Part shown: positions 35,975-47,704 of the stretch, piece by piece
Numbering within the stretch: position 1 is the stretch's first letter
How the letters are laid out: every line of letters begins with the position of its first letter
Assembly: GCF_004010195.1 (NCBI RefSeq)
Contig: NC_057754.1
Coordinates: forward strand, 4,713,280 to 4,777,279
Direction: 5' to 3'
DNA from: Chiloscyllium plagiosum
Taxonomy: Eukaryota
Length of the DNA stretch: 64,000 nt
Notes under the pieces: generated by a model
The model's database searches: none
Seen by the model: only the letters and a program-made list of their open reading frames with translations
Told to the model about the DNA's origin: nothing
Program-made: the position numbers and the translations under genes

Positions 35975-36340
35975 CTCAAATACAGCAAAATCTGGATAAT
36001 ATCCATGCCTGGGCAGACAAGTGGCAAGTGCATTCGTACAACACAAATGCCAGACTACAGCTCTCACCAATAAGAGACACTCTAAGCACTGCCTCTTGAC
36101 ACTCAATGATATTGCCATCACTGAACTCCCCCACTATCAACATCCTGTGGGTTATCATTGACCAGAAAGTCAACTGGACTCACCACTTAAAGACAGTGGC
36201 TACAAGAGCAGGTCAGAGGCTAGGAATGCACGGCGAGCAACTCACCTTCTGACTCCCCAAAACCTGATCATCATTTATAAGGCACAAATCAGGAGTGTGA
36301 TTGAATATTCCCCACTTGCCTCAATGAGTGCAGCTTCATG
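35975..36340 (+). mobile_element. CR1/L2-group LINE fragment (second family)
   Basis: TGGGCAGACAAGTGGCAAGT (WADKWQ), ATTGACCAGAAAGTCAACTGG (IDQKVNW), TATAAGGCACAAATCAGGAGTGTG (YKAQIRSV). Confidence 0.7.
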
Positions 36341-36349
36341 ATTTTATAA

Positions 36350-36540
36350 ACTTCTATAAGGTAGAAGCTTCCGACGCTCCATGGAAAATAGCCCTAGCCT
36401 ATTCAGGTTCTTCCTGTAGCTCAAATCCTCCCACCCTGGCAACATCCTTGTAAATCTTTTCTGAACCCTTTCAAGTTTCGCAACATCTTTCGTATATCAG
36501 GGAGACCAGAATTGAATGCAGTATTCCAAAAATGGCCTAG
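36350..36540 (-). mobile_element. CR1 internal fragment
   Basis: Reverse complement encodes RPFLEYCIQFWSP*YTKDVAKLERVQKRFTRMLPG. Confidence 0.75.
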
Positions 36541-36564
36541 GGATGGGCAATAAATGCTGGCCAG

Positions 36565-36696
36565 GTAAAAACAAGGACTGCAGATGCTGGAAACCAGAGT
36601 CTAGTTTAGAGTGGTGCTGGAAAAGCATAGCAGGTCAGGCAGCATCGGAGGACCAGGAAAATCAACGTTTCGGACAAAAGCCCTTCATCATGAATA
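36565..36696 (-). mobile_element. Penelope pLTR-derived element inserted in a SINE/LINE tail
   Basis: TSD-like GCTGGCCAG (36556-36564) / GCGGGCCAG (36697-36705). Minus strand AUGAUGA A GGGC UUUU GUCC GAAAC GUU, with C3 mutated. Confidence 0.8.
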
Positions 36697-37087
36697 GCGG
36701 GCCAGCTAGTGATGCCCACATCCTACAATTGAATATAAAAATAATCTACCATTCTTATATGGTCTGACCTACATGTAGCTTCAGACTCACGTCACTGCAA
36801 TTGAGGCTTTACTGCCTTTAGCAATGGCCTAGCAAGCCACTTAGTTCAAGCATCATTAGAGATGGACAACAATTTTTCTTGCTCGCAATGTCCACATCCA
36901 ATGAAAGAAAATAAAAGAGAATTGAGTTCTTCCCTAGTAGGGGTTGGCTTTGGACAGGAAAGACGTGGTGGAAATTGATGTTTGCACTGTGTAGTAGATT
37001 TACATTAAACCCTTGATAAAAGCCATTTGCTATCTAATTCATCAAATGGATATCAGTGTGTGAGTCAGTGATGTTCTGTATTTCTGT

Positions 37088-37435
37088 TTGGGCTCAGTGG
37101 TTAGCATGGCTGCCTCACAGCACCAGGGACCCGGGTTTGTTTCCAGCCTCGAGTCATTGTGTGAAGTTTGCACATTCTGCCTGTATCTGCGTGGGTTTCC
37201 TCTGGGTGCTCTGGTTTCCTGCCATAATCCAAAGACGTGCAGGTTAGGTAAATTGGCCATGCTGAATTGCACATAGTGTTCAGGGATGTGTAGGTTAGGT
37301 GCATTAATCAGGGATAAATATTGGATAATAGGGAAAGGAGTGGGCCTGTGTGGGTTACTCTTCGGAGCGTCAGTGTGGACTTGTTAGGTCAAAGAGCCTG
37401 TTTCCACACTGCAGGGATTCTATTCTATTCTATAC
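37088..37435 (+). mobile_element. HE1-type V-SINE
   Basis: GGCTCAGTGGTTAGCA.., V-domain, and tail GGGATTCTATTCTATTCTAT. Confidence 0.88.
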
Positions 37436-38599
37436 TAGTTGAAGCTCTCAAAGAAAGGATGACTGTTTGAGCACAGTTTTTGAGAGTTGCTACCAAAAGT
37501 GACATTAGGGAAAAAAGAGATGTAGTTAAAAGGAAAAAAAGAGATGTAGTTAAAAGGAAAAAGAAATTTTGGATTTTCCCTTCGAGGTCTGCCCAGTGCT
37601 TCCTTAACTAATTGTGTAGGGAATTGATTATTTGTTGCATTAGTTAATCAATCTGCATTGCTACTAGGCCAACTCCCCATAGTGTTTTAATGTACATACA
37701 AGTGTGACATCTACAGTTACACAACCATCTGCCTGTCTGCAAAATTTGATTTTTTTTTTCAGTTCTATTGACCTGTTCCTGGTCTGTTCATGAAATGAGC
37801 CTTTATTCCAATTCTCCAGGTGGATTTGAGTGACAGCCAGGCCTGATATTAATCTTTGGGACCATCTGGCTATGGTAGCAGTTGTTTAATTCTCCCTGCT
37901 TGCTCGTTCTGTTGGTTTTGTGCGTAGGTTTTAATATTGTTCTGATGCAGAGTGAAATTGTAGATATTGGAACACATTAAGGCTTTATTGTTGGCATGTA
38001 TTCAATATGTAATTTGAAAGACCGAGCAATAGTTAATCTGCTGCTGAGCATATAAAATATTGGAAAATTATAGTATGAAAGAGAATCTTGAATTGTTTTG
38101 GTAAATCCAACAACACTGAGGCTTACAGATATGATTAGGGAAATTCTTTATTGTGATCATCAAGAATATTGCTCTAATGAATGGCAGCTGAAGTGAGACA
38201 CCCATATGGAATTATGAATTTTTAAAAAAGGACAGTATTAACAAATTACCCAATAACAACAAATTGACACGCATTGCCCTTTGAAAAGTACAAGCATTCC
38301 AATTATCTGTGTATTCGGCTTTCTTCCTCTAATTACTTTGCAATCTTATATTTCTGATTGAAAATCAGATCTTTTAATTCAGTTTTCTGCCATAGAATGC
38401 TTACTCCAAATGCCAAAGTGGTTCAGGAGCCATGAATTTAACTGGCCACGAGAAGCTGTAGGAACCGTCTGTGTATGCTTTTCCAATGTCACTGCATTCC
38501 ATATGCAGTTACATTGGCAACAATACCTGTGTAGACAGTACCCATTGTGACTACTGCAGAAAAGAGGGTTGGTGAAGTGGCTCAGGAAGAGGGAGTTAG

Positions 38600-39480
38600 G
38601 AGTAAAGTGGACCTTCCACTCTCAGTGGAATAGCTCCCTGCTACTTTGCAACCAGGTTATCATTTGCCATAGTGCAGGACAGTGCACGACCATGTGCCCA
38701 GCATTGTTTGGAGCTTGCGCAATGCAAGTGCTGGCAATGAACAGTTGTTTCTTTGTTGGATCCACATTTCTGGCCAGGTAGAGGGAGCGGTTGGACCAGA
38801 AAAATGTGGAAGTATGGTCTGCAGGTTGCAAACCTTGGAAAATAACTTTAAACAGAAAAGACAGATAAGGTTCCTGGCAGCTGCTGCTTTGATACTTTGC
38901 AGTGATGTAGCACTGCTAATCTGTTTTGCTGTGCACGCGTGGGCACTACACCACCTACTGATGGCATTCACAATAAACTCAGTTTTTCTTCTAATAAATG
39001 GGACTTTGTGGTTCCTGAAGTTTACAACACATAGGCCACTGCTAGCCTATTCCCAACCACTAGAAATTATGTTGAGAAGCTGAGGACTGTGCAATATCTG
39101 ATATTTGGTGTATAGAAAGCAATGTTAGTTTGAATGTCTGATGCAGCAATGAACATTGGGCAACATTCACGATTCTCTACAACTGATCCTTGTAGTGTGC
39201 TTTGTTGTTTGCGTCATGCAATTTTGTATCAAGAAGCTTGTCCCATGCAAGTTATGGCCTCTGGTAGTGGGCTACTTGTTCTAAAGACGATTTGTTTAAG
39301 CTTTGTGCTTGTTGGTGTGAGGGATTTGCAACTGGCCATCACCTTTGTCCTTGCCCGCATGGTATGCTTGGCCAATTCTCCCAGTGCTAGAAGGAAGTAT
39401 GGCTATCTGAAATTTCTGGGAGCTGACAGTATAGTGCTTACTGCAGTGGTGGGCAGACACTTAATCTGTGACCCGTTTTA
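38600..39480 (-). mobile_element. Possible ancient non-LTR retrotransposon C-terminal relic (RTEX-like)
   Basis: Decayed minus-strand frames: ILSAPRNFR*PYFLLALGEL, SRWCS..KQISSATSLQSIK, LYLARNVDPTKKQLF..STC.AQAPNNAGHMVVHCPAL (knuckle-like H...CP). Order matches a post-RT region. Confidence 0.35.
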
Positions 39481-39599
39481 AAATATCATCAGCAAAGGAC
39501 TTCATAATGTTTGAAATGTTAGAGGAGGTGCCAGTGTGAGGATGAATCAACTTTACTACTTTACAATGGTGAATTGCATTATTTTCTTTGGTCAAACCT

Positions 39600-39726
39600 G
39601 TAGTGTGCAGGGTTAGGTGAGTTAACTATAGTAAATATGGGGTTACGGGGATAGGGTGGGATGCTCTTCAAGGGACGATGCAGACTGGATGGTCCGAATA
39701 GTCTCTATTTGCACTGCAGGGATTCT
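39600..39726 (+). mobile_element. HE1 SINE 3' fragment
   Basis: GTGCAGGGTTAGGTG...GGGTTACGGGGATAGGG...CACTGCAGGGATTCT. Confidence 0.65.
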
Positions 39727-39891
39727 GAGAAGCATCTTTTCTTCTTCCCATCTTTGTTATGACTTTATTCATGGCTTTCTTAGTGTGAATGTAAGGTGAA
39801 TAAGTAATCATTTACCTTGATAATGAAAGGCAACAAGTGAACATTAATATAATTTTTTCTAACCTTACCCATTTCTGATAAAAACTTTTTA

Positions 39892-39985
39892 TCAGTTCTA
39901 ATGAACGATCTTAATCTGAAATGTTAACTCTGTTTTTCTCCCCAAAGACTGATTGACTGAGTTTTTCCAGCGCTTTATTTCACTT
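39892..39985 (+). mobile_element. Old Penelope pLTR derivative with decayed hammerhead
   Basis: AGTT CTAATGA..GAAAT GTT AACT (helix I AGUU/AACU), followed by CTGAGTTTTTCCAGC. Confidence 0.55.
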
Positions 39986-40539
39986 CAGCTCAGTCACTCT
40001 TTGTACGAACTGGTTCAGTTTGCAAAGCAAGAGCCTTGCTTTTCATTTGGTTTCCTGTTTCCTCTCTTCTTTGAAATTGCTAATCTCTCCTGGGGAAATG
40101 GTTCCAAAATGCTGATCAGCCCTTCAGAATTTTAACCAAGTAACTATTCTTTATGGATGAGGTTAGTTAGCAATGTGTTGAAATTCAAGTTGGGTTTAAT
40201 GATGCTCTGTAAAGCTGAATACAGCAGAACATTGTAATTATTTACAGGCAGACTTAGAGCATCCGCATCCTATGGAAAACGGGAGTTAAGTGCTAGGGGT
40301 GATTACGAATTAGAGTACATTCCTCAAAAAGCCACTGCTAGGTGAACAATGCAGCCACAGATAATTTGCGAAGTGCTTGGAACTTTTAGTTCACTGTTAA
40401 TGGAACTTTGATTGTTCCTTAGTGGATTTCTCCCATTCAGTAGCGTAACGGTTATGGTACTGGACTTGTAATCTGGAGGCTTGGACTAATGAACCAAAGA
40501 CATCAGTTCAAGTCCCACTGCTGCAATCAAACCACAGCA

Positions 40540-40975
40540 GGTTAGCAGCATTATCTGCTTCTGAGTCAGAATGTTGCCTGTTAAGGTCCACCTCAGAGAC
40601 TTGAGTACATAATATAGGCGTACACTTCAGAGAGGTATTGAGAGAGCACTTAGAGTGGTGTCTTCTTTCAGATGAGATGTTTTAAATGAGATCCTGTCTG
40701 CCCTCTCAGGTGGATGTTAAAGAACCCATGGCACTATTTAAAGAAAATCAGGGAAATTTAGTCCCATTGCCCTGGCTGGTATCAGTGCTTCAATCAAAGT
40801 TGTTAAAATAGATTTCTGAATATATTTCATTGCAGTTTGTGGGAGCATGCTGTACGTAAATTGACAGTCACATTTCTTTTGGTACAAGTGATTAAATTCG
40901 AAAATAACATATTTAATTGGCTACAAAACATTTTGCAATGTCCTGAGGTTGTGAAAGGCTCTGTATAAATGATTT
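40540..40975 (+). mobile_element. Near full-length Deu-domain SINE (SacSINE1/AmnSINE1-like)
   Basis: GATGAGATG..CCTGTCTGCCCTCTCAGGTGGATGTTAAAGAACCCATGGCACTATT..CATTGCAGTTTGTGGGAGCATGCTGT..GTCCTGAGGTTGTGAAAGGCTCTGTATAAATG matches the recalled DeuSINE core and tail. Confidence 0.75.
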
Positions 40976-41329
40976 TATTCCACATAGCTGTGGTGACAAC
41001 AGGAGACTGTACCTGTCATTCATTCCATGCTGCCAAGAATACAAGGTGATGTGTATCAGGACTTTCAAGATCTGACAGTTGACTTCAGATTAGCCATTCT
41101 GCAGATCGTTGAAAGCATAGATCTTGGAGCAGTGGAGTGCTGCTTGCTGGAGGCAATCTCTTTTGAAGCTTCTGTCTGTCAGGAGAACTGTAGAGACCAA
41201 AAGCACCACTCTCACCACATTCATTCCCCATAGGAAACTACCTTATACAAACACCAGAGTGGTTTCCCTTTTGATTTGGGGTCCAGCTGCTATAGAAGAA
41301 GTCCTCAGTCAGTCTCCAGTAGCACAGAA

Positions 41330-41650
41330 AGCGAGGACCCAGTGGTATTATTGCTGGATTGTTATTCCAGAGATCCAGGAATGTACCGAGGAAATGGTTT
41401 GAATCCTGCTACAGCAATAAAATCCCCACAAATCTGGAATTAAGTGTCTAATGATGACTATGAGTTGATTATAAGAAAAACCCCATCATGCCCTTTAGGG
41501 AAGGAAAGTCTGATCCTTACCTGATCTGGCCAACACGGGACTCCAGAACTACAGCAATGTGGTTGATTCTTAACTGCCTCTGGTCAATTAGGGATGGGCA
41601 ATGAATGCTGGCCAAGCCAGCGATGCCCTCATCCGATGACTGAATAAGAA
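41330..41650 (+). mobile_element. tRNA-derived SINE with a LINE-shared 3' tail
   Basis: AGTGGTATTATTGCTGGA..GGTTTGAATCC head. Tail CAATTAGGGATGGGCAATGAATGCTGGCC. Homologous to 49752-50095 and 58200-58545. Confidence 0.75.
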
Positions 41651-41697
41651 AGAGGACAAGCTGGATACACTGCTTGATACTGAACTTAGAATTAAAA

Positions 41698-42030
41698 ATT
41701 AGAATCCCTACCATGTGGAAACAGGCCCTTTGGCCCAGCAAGTCCACACCGACCCTCCGAAGAGTAACCCACCCAGGCCTATTCCCTTACACTATTATTC
41801 TACATTTCCCTTGACTAATACACCTAACCTACACACCCCTGAACACTATGGACAAATCACCTAACCTACACATCTTTGGACTGTGGGAAGAAACCAGAGC
41901 ACCCAAAGGAAACCCACACAGACACAGGGAGAATGTCCAAGCTCAACGTAGACAGTTACCTGAGGCTGGAATCAAACCCAGGTTCCTAGTACTATGAGGC
42001 AGCAGTGCTAATCACTGAGCCACCATACCA
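41698..42030 (-). mobile_element. HE1-type V-SINE
   Basis: Reverse complement of the copies at 25190 and 37088. Confidence 0.88.
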
Positions 42031-43055
42031 AATTTCTAGTTGCATTGAGGAAAAGCATTAGAATAACAAAGAGAAAATGGTATATTAGGGTACAGGGGGA
42101 AAGTAGGGTTTTAGGAATGTGAATGTTGCCTTCTGTTTTCTTGAAGTTTGTTGTATTAAAGGACAGCCTCCTGTGCTGTCTCATTTTGATCTACGATGTT
42201 ATGTTTCGTTATGTCATATTGTTCTTTTCCCTACAGAGAAGTGTACATAGGAGAAGATACACTAAATTTTCTCTGACATTGATTCAGTATTATTGTTGGT
42301 TTGACTTTGTGGGGGTCAAACAGGTTGATGTAATGTTCCAGGTTGGGTTACTGATTGAAGGATTAGGTTTTATTTGAAGGAGGCTTAATTAGAGCTGGGC
42401 AATTGTTAGAAAGATAGACTCTGTTGAACATAAGAGAAATCCTCAATGATCGACTCAATTCCTGAGCAGCATTTACTGAGAGGCACTGAGATAACCTCTG
42501 TCAGTAATCTGTTTATTGCATCAGTATATTTGTGGGCTTCTCTACTAAAGACTTTGAATTGACAAATATTAAACATGGTTTTTATGTATTCAGCAAATTT
42601 TATTTACAACTCAATGATAATATGAAACATAAATCAGTAAGTACTGAAATTGTGTGTTTGATCATGCATACAAACTTGCAAAACGAGTAGGCCATTTGGC
42701 CTATCATACTTGCTCCACTATTCAGAAAGATCATTACTGATCTGATTAAAACTTCAAATCCAAATTTCCATCTACTACAAATAACAGTTCAAAATCTTTG
42801 CTTAACAATCTGCCTTTGCTTAACAATCTGCCTTAAACAATCTCCTTCCACAAATCAAGGGAATTTTTGAAAATTAAAATCCATTAACTATCTTACTAGT
42901 CATTTCTTGTTTTAGACCCTAAGATGAAGTCTAAAGGGACCTGAACACTTATCAATCTGCAGCTCTAACAATTTTCTCAGTACCATTTTCTTATGATTGT
43001 AATGATTATTACATTTGTAAGAAGAAACACAGCAGTTCTAATGGTTCATTAAATG

Positions 43056-43156
43056 TAGTTATGAAGAAGAATCACTGGACTTGAGACATTAACTCTGCTT
43101 TCTCTCCAAAGATGCTGCCAGACCTACTGAGTTTTTCCAGCAATCTTTGTTTTTGT
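43056..43156 (+). mobile_element. Penelope pLTR derivative with decayed hammerhead
   Basis: TSD TTCATTAAATG (43045-43055 / 43157-43167). AGTT ATGAAGA..GAGAC ATT AACT. Confidence 0.7.
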
Positions 43157-44849
43157 TTCATTAAATGAAGTGCTGGTTTCTGGCAACACAAATTGTGCAC
43201 ATTGTAACATGACATCTCGATTATAGAAGAAGCAACCTTTTCTGTCAAAGTTCTAGAACAATAATTTTTAATTGCTTAATTTCTTTTGAGATTTTCACAT
43301 GTTTAATAATATTGCATTCAAATTTACAACTTACAGGTCTCCACATAAATATCTGAATAAACAAGATTTGCAAATATGGAGTGAGATAGGATATCTGTGT
43401 AAAGATATCTTTTTTGCAGTGATCCAATACATCCCACCAGCACTTCACCGGAGACACTCACTGATGATATTATCTAGTATGGAGATGTCTGAAAACAAAC
43501 CTTCAAGCTCAGCGAGCTGACTTACATACTTATCATCAACCTGGGCTACAAATCTTCTCAAAAATCGCTAATCTAATATGTTCTATAATTTAAAATATGC
43601 AAGCAAAGCTACACATTTATTTTAAAAATGACTTGAGAAAAGAGTGAAGCTCTTGCTGTTGCTTAATTAGAACTAACTCACAAAGCAAGATGAATGATGG
43701 TTGGTGGCAGGATAATTTGAGCTGGATCATGGTATTAACTTCCTGATGCCTCTGAAACTGCTCACAGCTTTGGACTGTGGTGGAGCAGTGTTTCATACCT
43801 CAGTTTTTCAGTGAGTTGTGCTGATTTAATGAAAGACTCAGTTCTGTTATATCCTCATCACACAGGAGTCCCCTAAAAATGTCAAACCTCAATGCCAGTT
43901 AAAAATGAGCAAGTTAAGAGTAAAAACTGTCATCACATGTAATATGTTAAAGAGGAATGTTTAAGGAATTTTAGTGGAGTTTCCCTTCAACATTTTTACT
44001 CACACCTACCTTATTTTGAGTGACCTTTTGATACATTGCTTTTGTCTGGACTCCCTGTATTAGACCATGTGTATGTGACTGTGATAGCTACCAATACCAT
44101 TCATTAACAAATTAAAGACTTGCATGTGTGGCCTGTAGTGACTGAAATTTGGCTTTTTGCCCCTTTTTTTAACATAACCTATTTCACCAAATTATGGAAA
44201 CATTATTTGTATGAATATTAATTGTACAATTTGTACTGTAAGCAGTTGTTAACTTTTTAAAATTTTCTTGATTAATTTTCAATGATTTAGCTGTGCATTT
44301 TTTTCTTAAATATTCCAAAATATTTGTCTGTGAAATCAGTGATGTGCATCATAAAATTATAGATACAGCTACAAGATTTAGGATGTGTAGGCTTAACATT
44401 GGTAGTATTAAAATTATAGAAATCACTGACAGTAACTTGGTATTTGTTGCTGGGATTTAAAGACGTGTATCTGAACTAATGAAAGAAAATGGCAATTACT
44501 AAATGAAAATTACAAGAATATTAGATATCAGCAAAGATCTCACAATCTTGAACTACAGATTGCACTTCATTATCCTTGACTCTCATTCTCATTACCTATA
44601 TTTCCCACAGGAGCTGCTCATCACCACCCAGGCTTGTTCAGCTCAAAGCGAAAAGCAGTCTGGTATACACATGTCTGATTGAATCTTGTTATCGACCATT
44701 GCGTGGCACACTTCAGGCACCAAACCAGCTACTTTTCCATCCCTAGAGAAAAAGCTTATCTCCATAGTGAGACACTTGACACAGCTGCTCAATTGACAGC
44801 TGGGAAATTCCCTTCTTAGGACAGCCCGATCAGCCTCAAGTGAGGAGCC

Positions 44850-45100
44850 TGTTCGGTTGACTCAAGTGATAAAGTAGATTTTTAAAATTGACATTTTGAC
44901 TTTTCACCTCAAGGGTCATTGTTCAATCCAGTTGTAGAGGTTAAAGATCAAAATGTTATCAATGAATGAAAGTCTGCAGTTCTGACTATAAGAATCTGTG
45001 CTGAAGTGAGCTTGTCCTGTCTTGATTGAGTAATCATGAGCTACTAATGTAGGACTTCCCCAAATCACTACAACCTGGTATGAAGTGGGCTGTGATAGAG
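44850..45100 (+). mobile_element. Possible ancient LF-SINE-like element
   Basis: TTTCACCTCAAGGGTCATTGTTCAATCCAG and downstream blocks resemble my recollection of the LF-SINE head (CTTTCACCTCTAGGTCACTGGTTCGAATCC). Highly diverged. Confidence 0.3.
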
Positions 45101-46439
45101 TCTGCAGTGTGCCTGTGATGGAAAAGGAAGATATTGCGTTACTTCAATAATAATTTAAGAGGGAGAGTGGAGGGAGTTTGTACTGTAGTCAGCTGTGCTG
45201 TATATTTGGCTTTGAAAGGTCGGAAGTGTGCTGATTGTTTTGTACTGAGCACGGACATACAAGATAAAATGTACAATGCGCATTCAGCCCTTAAAGTAAA
45301 TTGTTTCTGACCTTTAGTTGATTTCCACTTTTCTCTGCAGAGTTGTTTTTTAGTAACGTCAGGCTGTAGATTTAAGAGAGACAAGTAGGGTCTTGTATTA
45401 TGTATTGAGATGTTTGCCTGTCAACTTCCTGCTCTGATCATTTTATGGGCAATGGTGGAGGAAATGGACAACATGGGTCGATGTGGCATTTAAGAGCCCT
45501 ACAATTAGTCACCTGTGTGCCTCATCCTGCCCCACCACTCATTACCTACATTGGGGTAACCCAAGACAAGTTGAGAGCCCAGTGGGTTTTGTCAGGAGTT
45601 GGGGGTCAGGGAATAATTTAGGGTTGCCTCCAAGGTCACCCATATCTTTGACCTCCCAATCCTAAAAGGCATCTCAAACTCTTTCAGCCAACCCCATTGA
45701 TACCCTGATTTACATGACGTCCAGCTTCTGTGGTTTCCTCTTATCCTAGAGCTGTAGTCCAACAGTGCCATTGCCCGAACCTGCTGTTACTGGAACTACA
45801 ACATTTATGACCAAATTTATTGAACAACAGCTCTAAAGTGGGATCTCCTCTCTGGATGAAGATGAAAGTTTTGCCTTGAGCCAAATAAACCCTGTCTGAG
45901 CATAAAATGACTGACGCGCAGCTTGCTATTTCATGGGCATGTGGGCAGGCTTCCAACAAGCCTTTTTTGTCAGTAGAGAGCCCAGCATCATGTAAAGTCC
46001 AACCCTTGTATTTAGACAAATTTAGATGAAGAATTCTGGGGTAGTTGTGAATGGCAGTGAGCAATGAATGATTGTTGTAGAGTAGTGGAGAGAGTGGAAA
46101 CTATCCAATATTGGAGGAACAGAATGTATAGTATATAAGTACAAGTGAAAATTAGAGCACAGTGGAAGGAAGTACCACTTAATATCTTACTGCAGAAAAG
46201 CAGCTACTTCATTAAAGTAAATGTTTTTTTCTCTAAAAGGTATTAGGTCTCTTAAGGAAGTAATGGAAAGTTGCCACTGGGTTTATTGACTTTGGATAAT
46301 AATTTTCTTTTTACAGCAGCTCTAGGGTGAGTATAAAGCCAACTAAAATGTGTGGTAGATGTAGCTTGGCTAGAAATATGCATAATGGAAGTTGGTCCTA
46401 TTCTGACAGACAATGAACTGTCAGGTAATAACTTTAGGG

Positions 46440-46700
46440 AAATAGAACATGGAATATAAAACATTACAGTGCCATACAGGCTCTTCAGCCCTCGATGTTG
46501 CGCTGACCTGTGAAGCCAATCTGAAACCCATCTAACCTACACTATTCCATTGTCATCCAAATGTTTATCCAGTGACCATTTAAATGCCCTTAAAGTTGGT
46601 GAGTCTACTACTGTTGCTACTCCCTGAGTAAAGAATCTATCTCTGACATCTGTCCTATGTCCATCACCCCTCGATTTAAAGCTATGTCCTCTCGTGCTGT
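46440..46700 (-). mobile_element. CR1 3' end
   Basis: ORF 46537-46746 minus reads TRGHSFKSRGD..DVRDRFFTQ..FKWSLDKHL. Tail at 46440-46500. Confidence 0.8.
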
Positions 46701-47359
46701 GTTTCTGTGATTCACTCATACCATGCCTCTGATTTATATTCAGCATTCAGACAGTGTTTTAAAGAAGAGAGTTTGGGATGTTCATTGCCTTTTTGTGAAA
46801 CCGTGTTTACTGGTTTTACAGTTCATGGCCGAGTGCTGATTTTAAGATTACATCCCTTTGTTCTGACCTTTTCTCCCACCAGAGAAGATGATTTCTCTGT
46901 ATTAGTCTGTTAAATCCCATTATCATATCAGAAACCTTGGTTAGATCACTGGTCAACTTATCAAACCTGAAGGACTATAAACCAAGAATTACTTTTAAAA
47001 TTTCCCTTGAAAATTACAGAAAATAAATGTTAAGATAGATAGGCAGAGGACAGCTGATGTTTATAAGTAAATGTCCTTAATACTGTAAAATCACTGTCTG
47101 AATATGTAAGTGTTGATGGACAAGAGTTCAAACCTACTAAATTATACATGCGCTACTTTGAAAACGTATTAAAATAGAAAGACATCTGTTAGATAATCAC
47201 TAGGTACAATGGAAAGCATTGTATCTCCATGTTGTGACAGGTCAAATTATTTTGTAATTTATTCCAGTTTTAGTATATATGTAAAAAATAAATGAAAATA
47301 CCATGCACACTCCAGATGATTCAATTCTGAGGGTCTCAGATGAGATTGATTTATATGCA

Positions 47360-47704
47360 TAGAATCCCTGCAGTATGGAAACAAGCCATTTGGCCCAAAA
47401 AGTCCACACAGACCCTCTAAAGAGTATCTCACCCAGACCCATTCCTCTATTATTCTACATTTCCCCTGACTAATGCACCTAACCTGTAGGTCTCTGAATA
47501 TTACAGGCAATTTAGCTTGGCCAGTTCACCTAACTTGCCCATCTTTGGATTATGGGAGGAAACCGGTGCACATGGAGGAAACGCACGCAGACACGGGGAG
47601 AATGTGCAAACTCCATGCAGACGGCCACCCGAGGCTGGAAACAAACTTGGGCCCCTGGCGCTGTGAGGCAGCAGTGCAAACTACTGAGGAACCATGCTGC
47701 CCCT
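47360..47704 (-). mobile_element. HE1-type V-SINE
   Basis: Reverse-complement V-domain GGAAACGCACGCAGACACGGGGAGAATGTGCAAACTCCA. Confidence 0.88.

Noticed and set aside
37510..37563. Short tandem duplications (AAAGAGATGTAGTTAAAAGGAAAAA twice here; CTTTGCTTAACAATCTGC twice near 42797)
   Set aside because: Ordinary local slippage duplications with no further structure.
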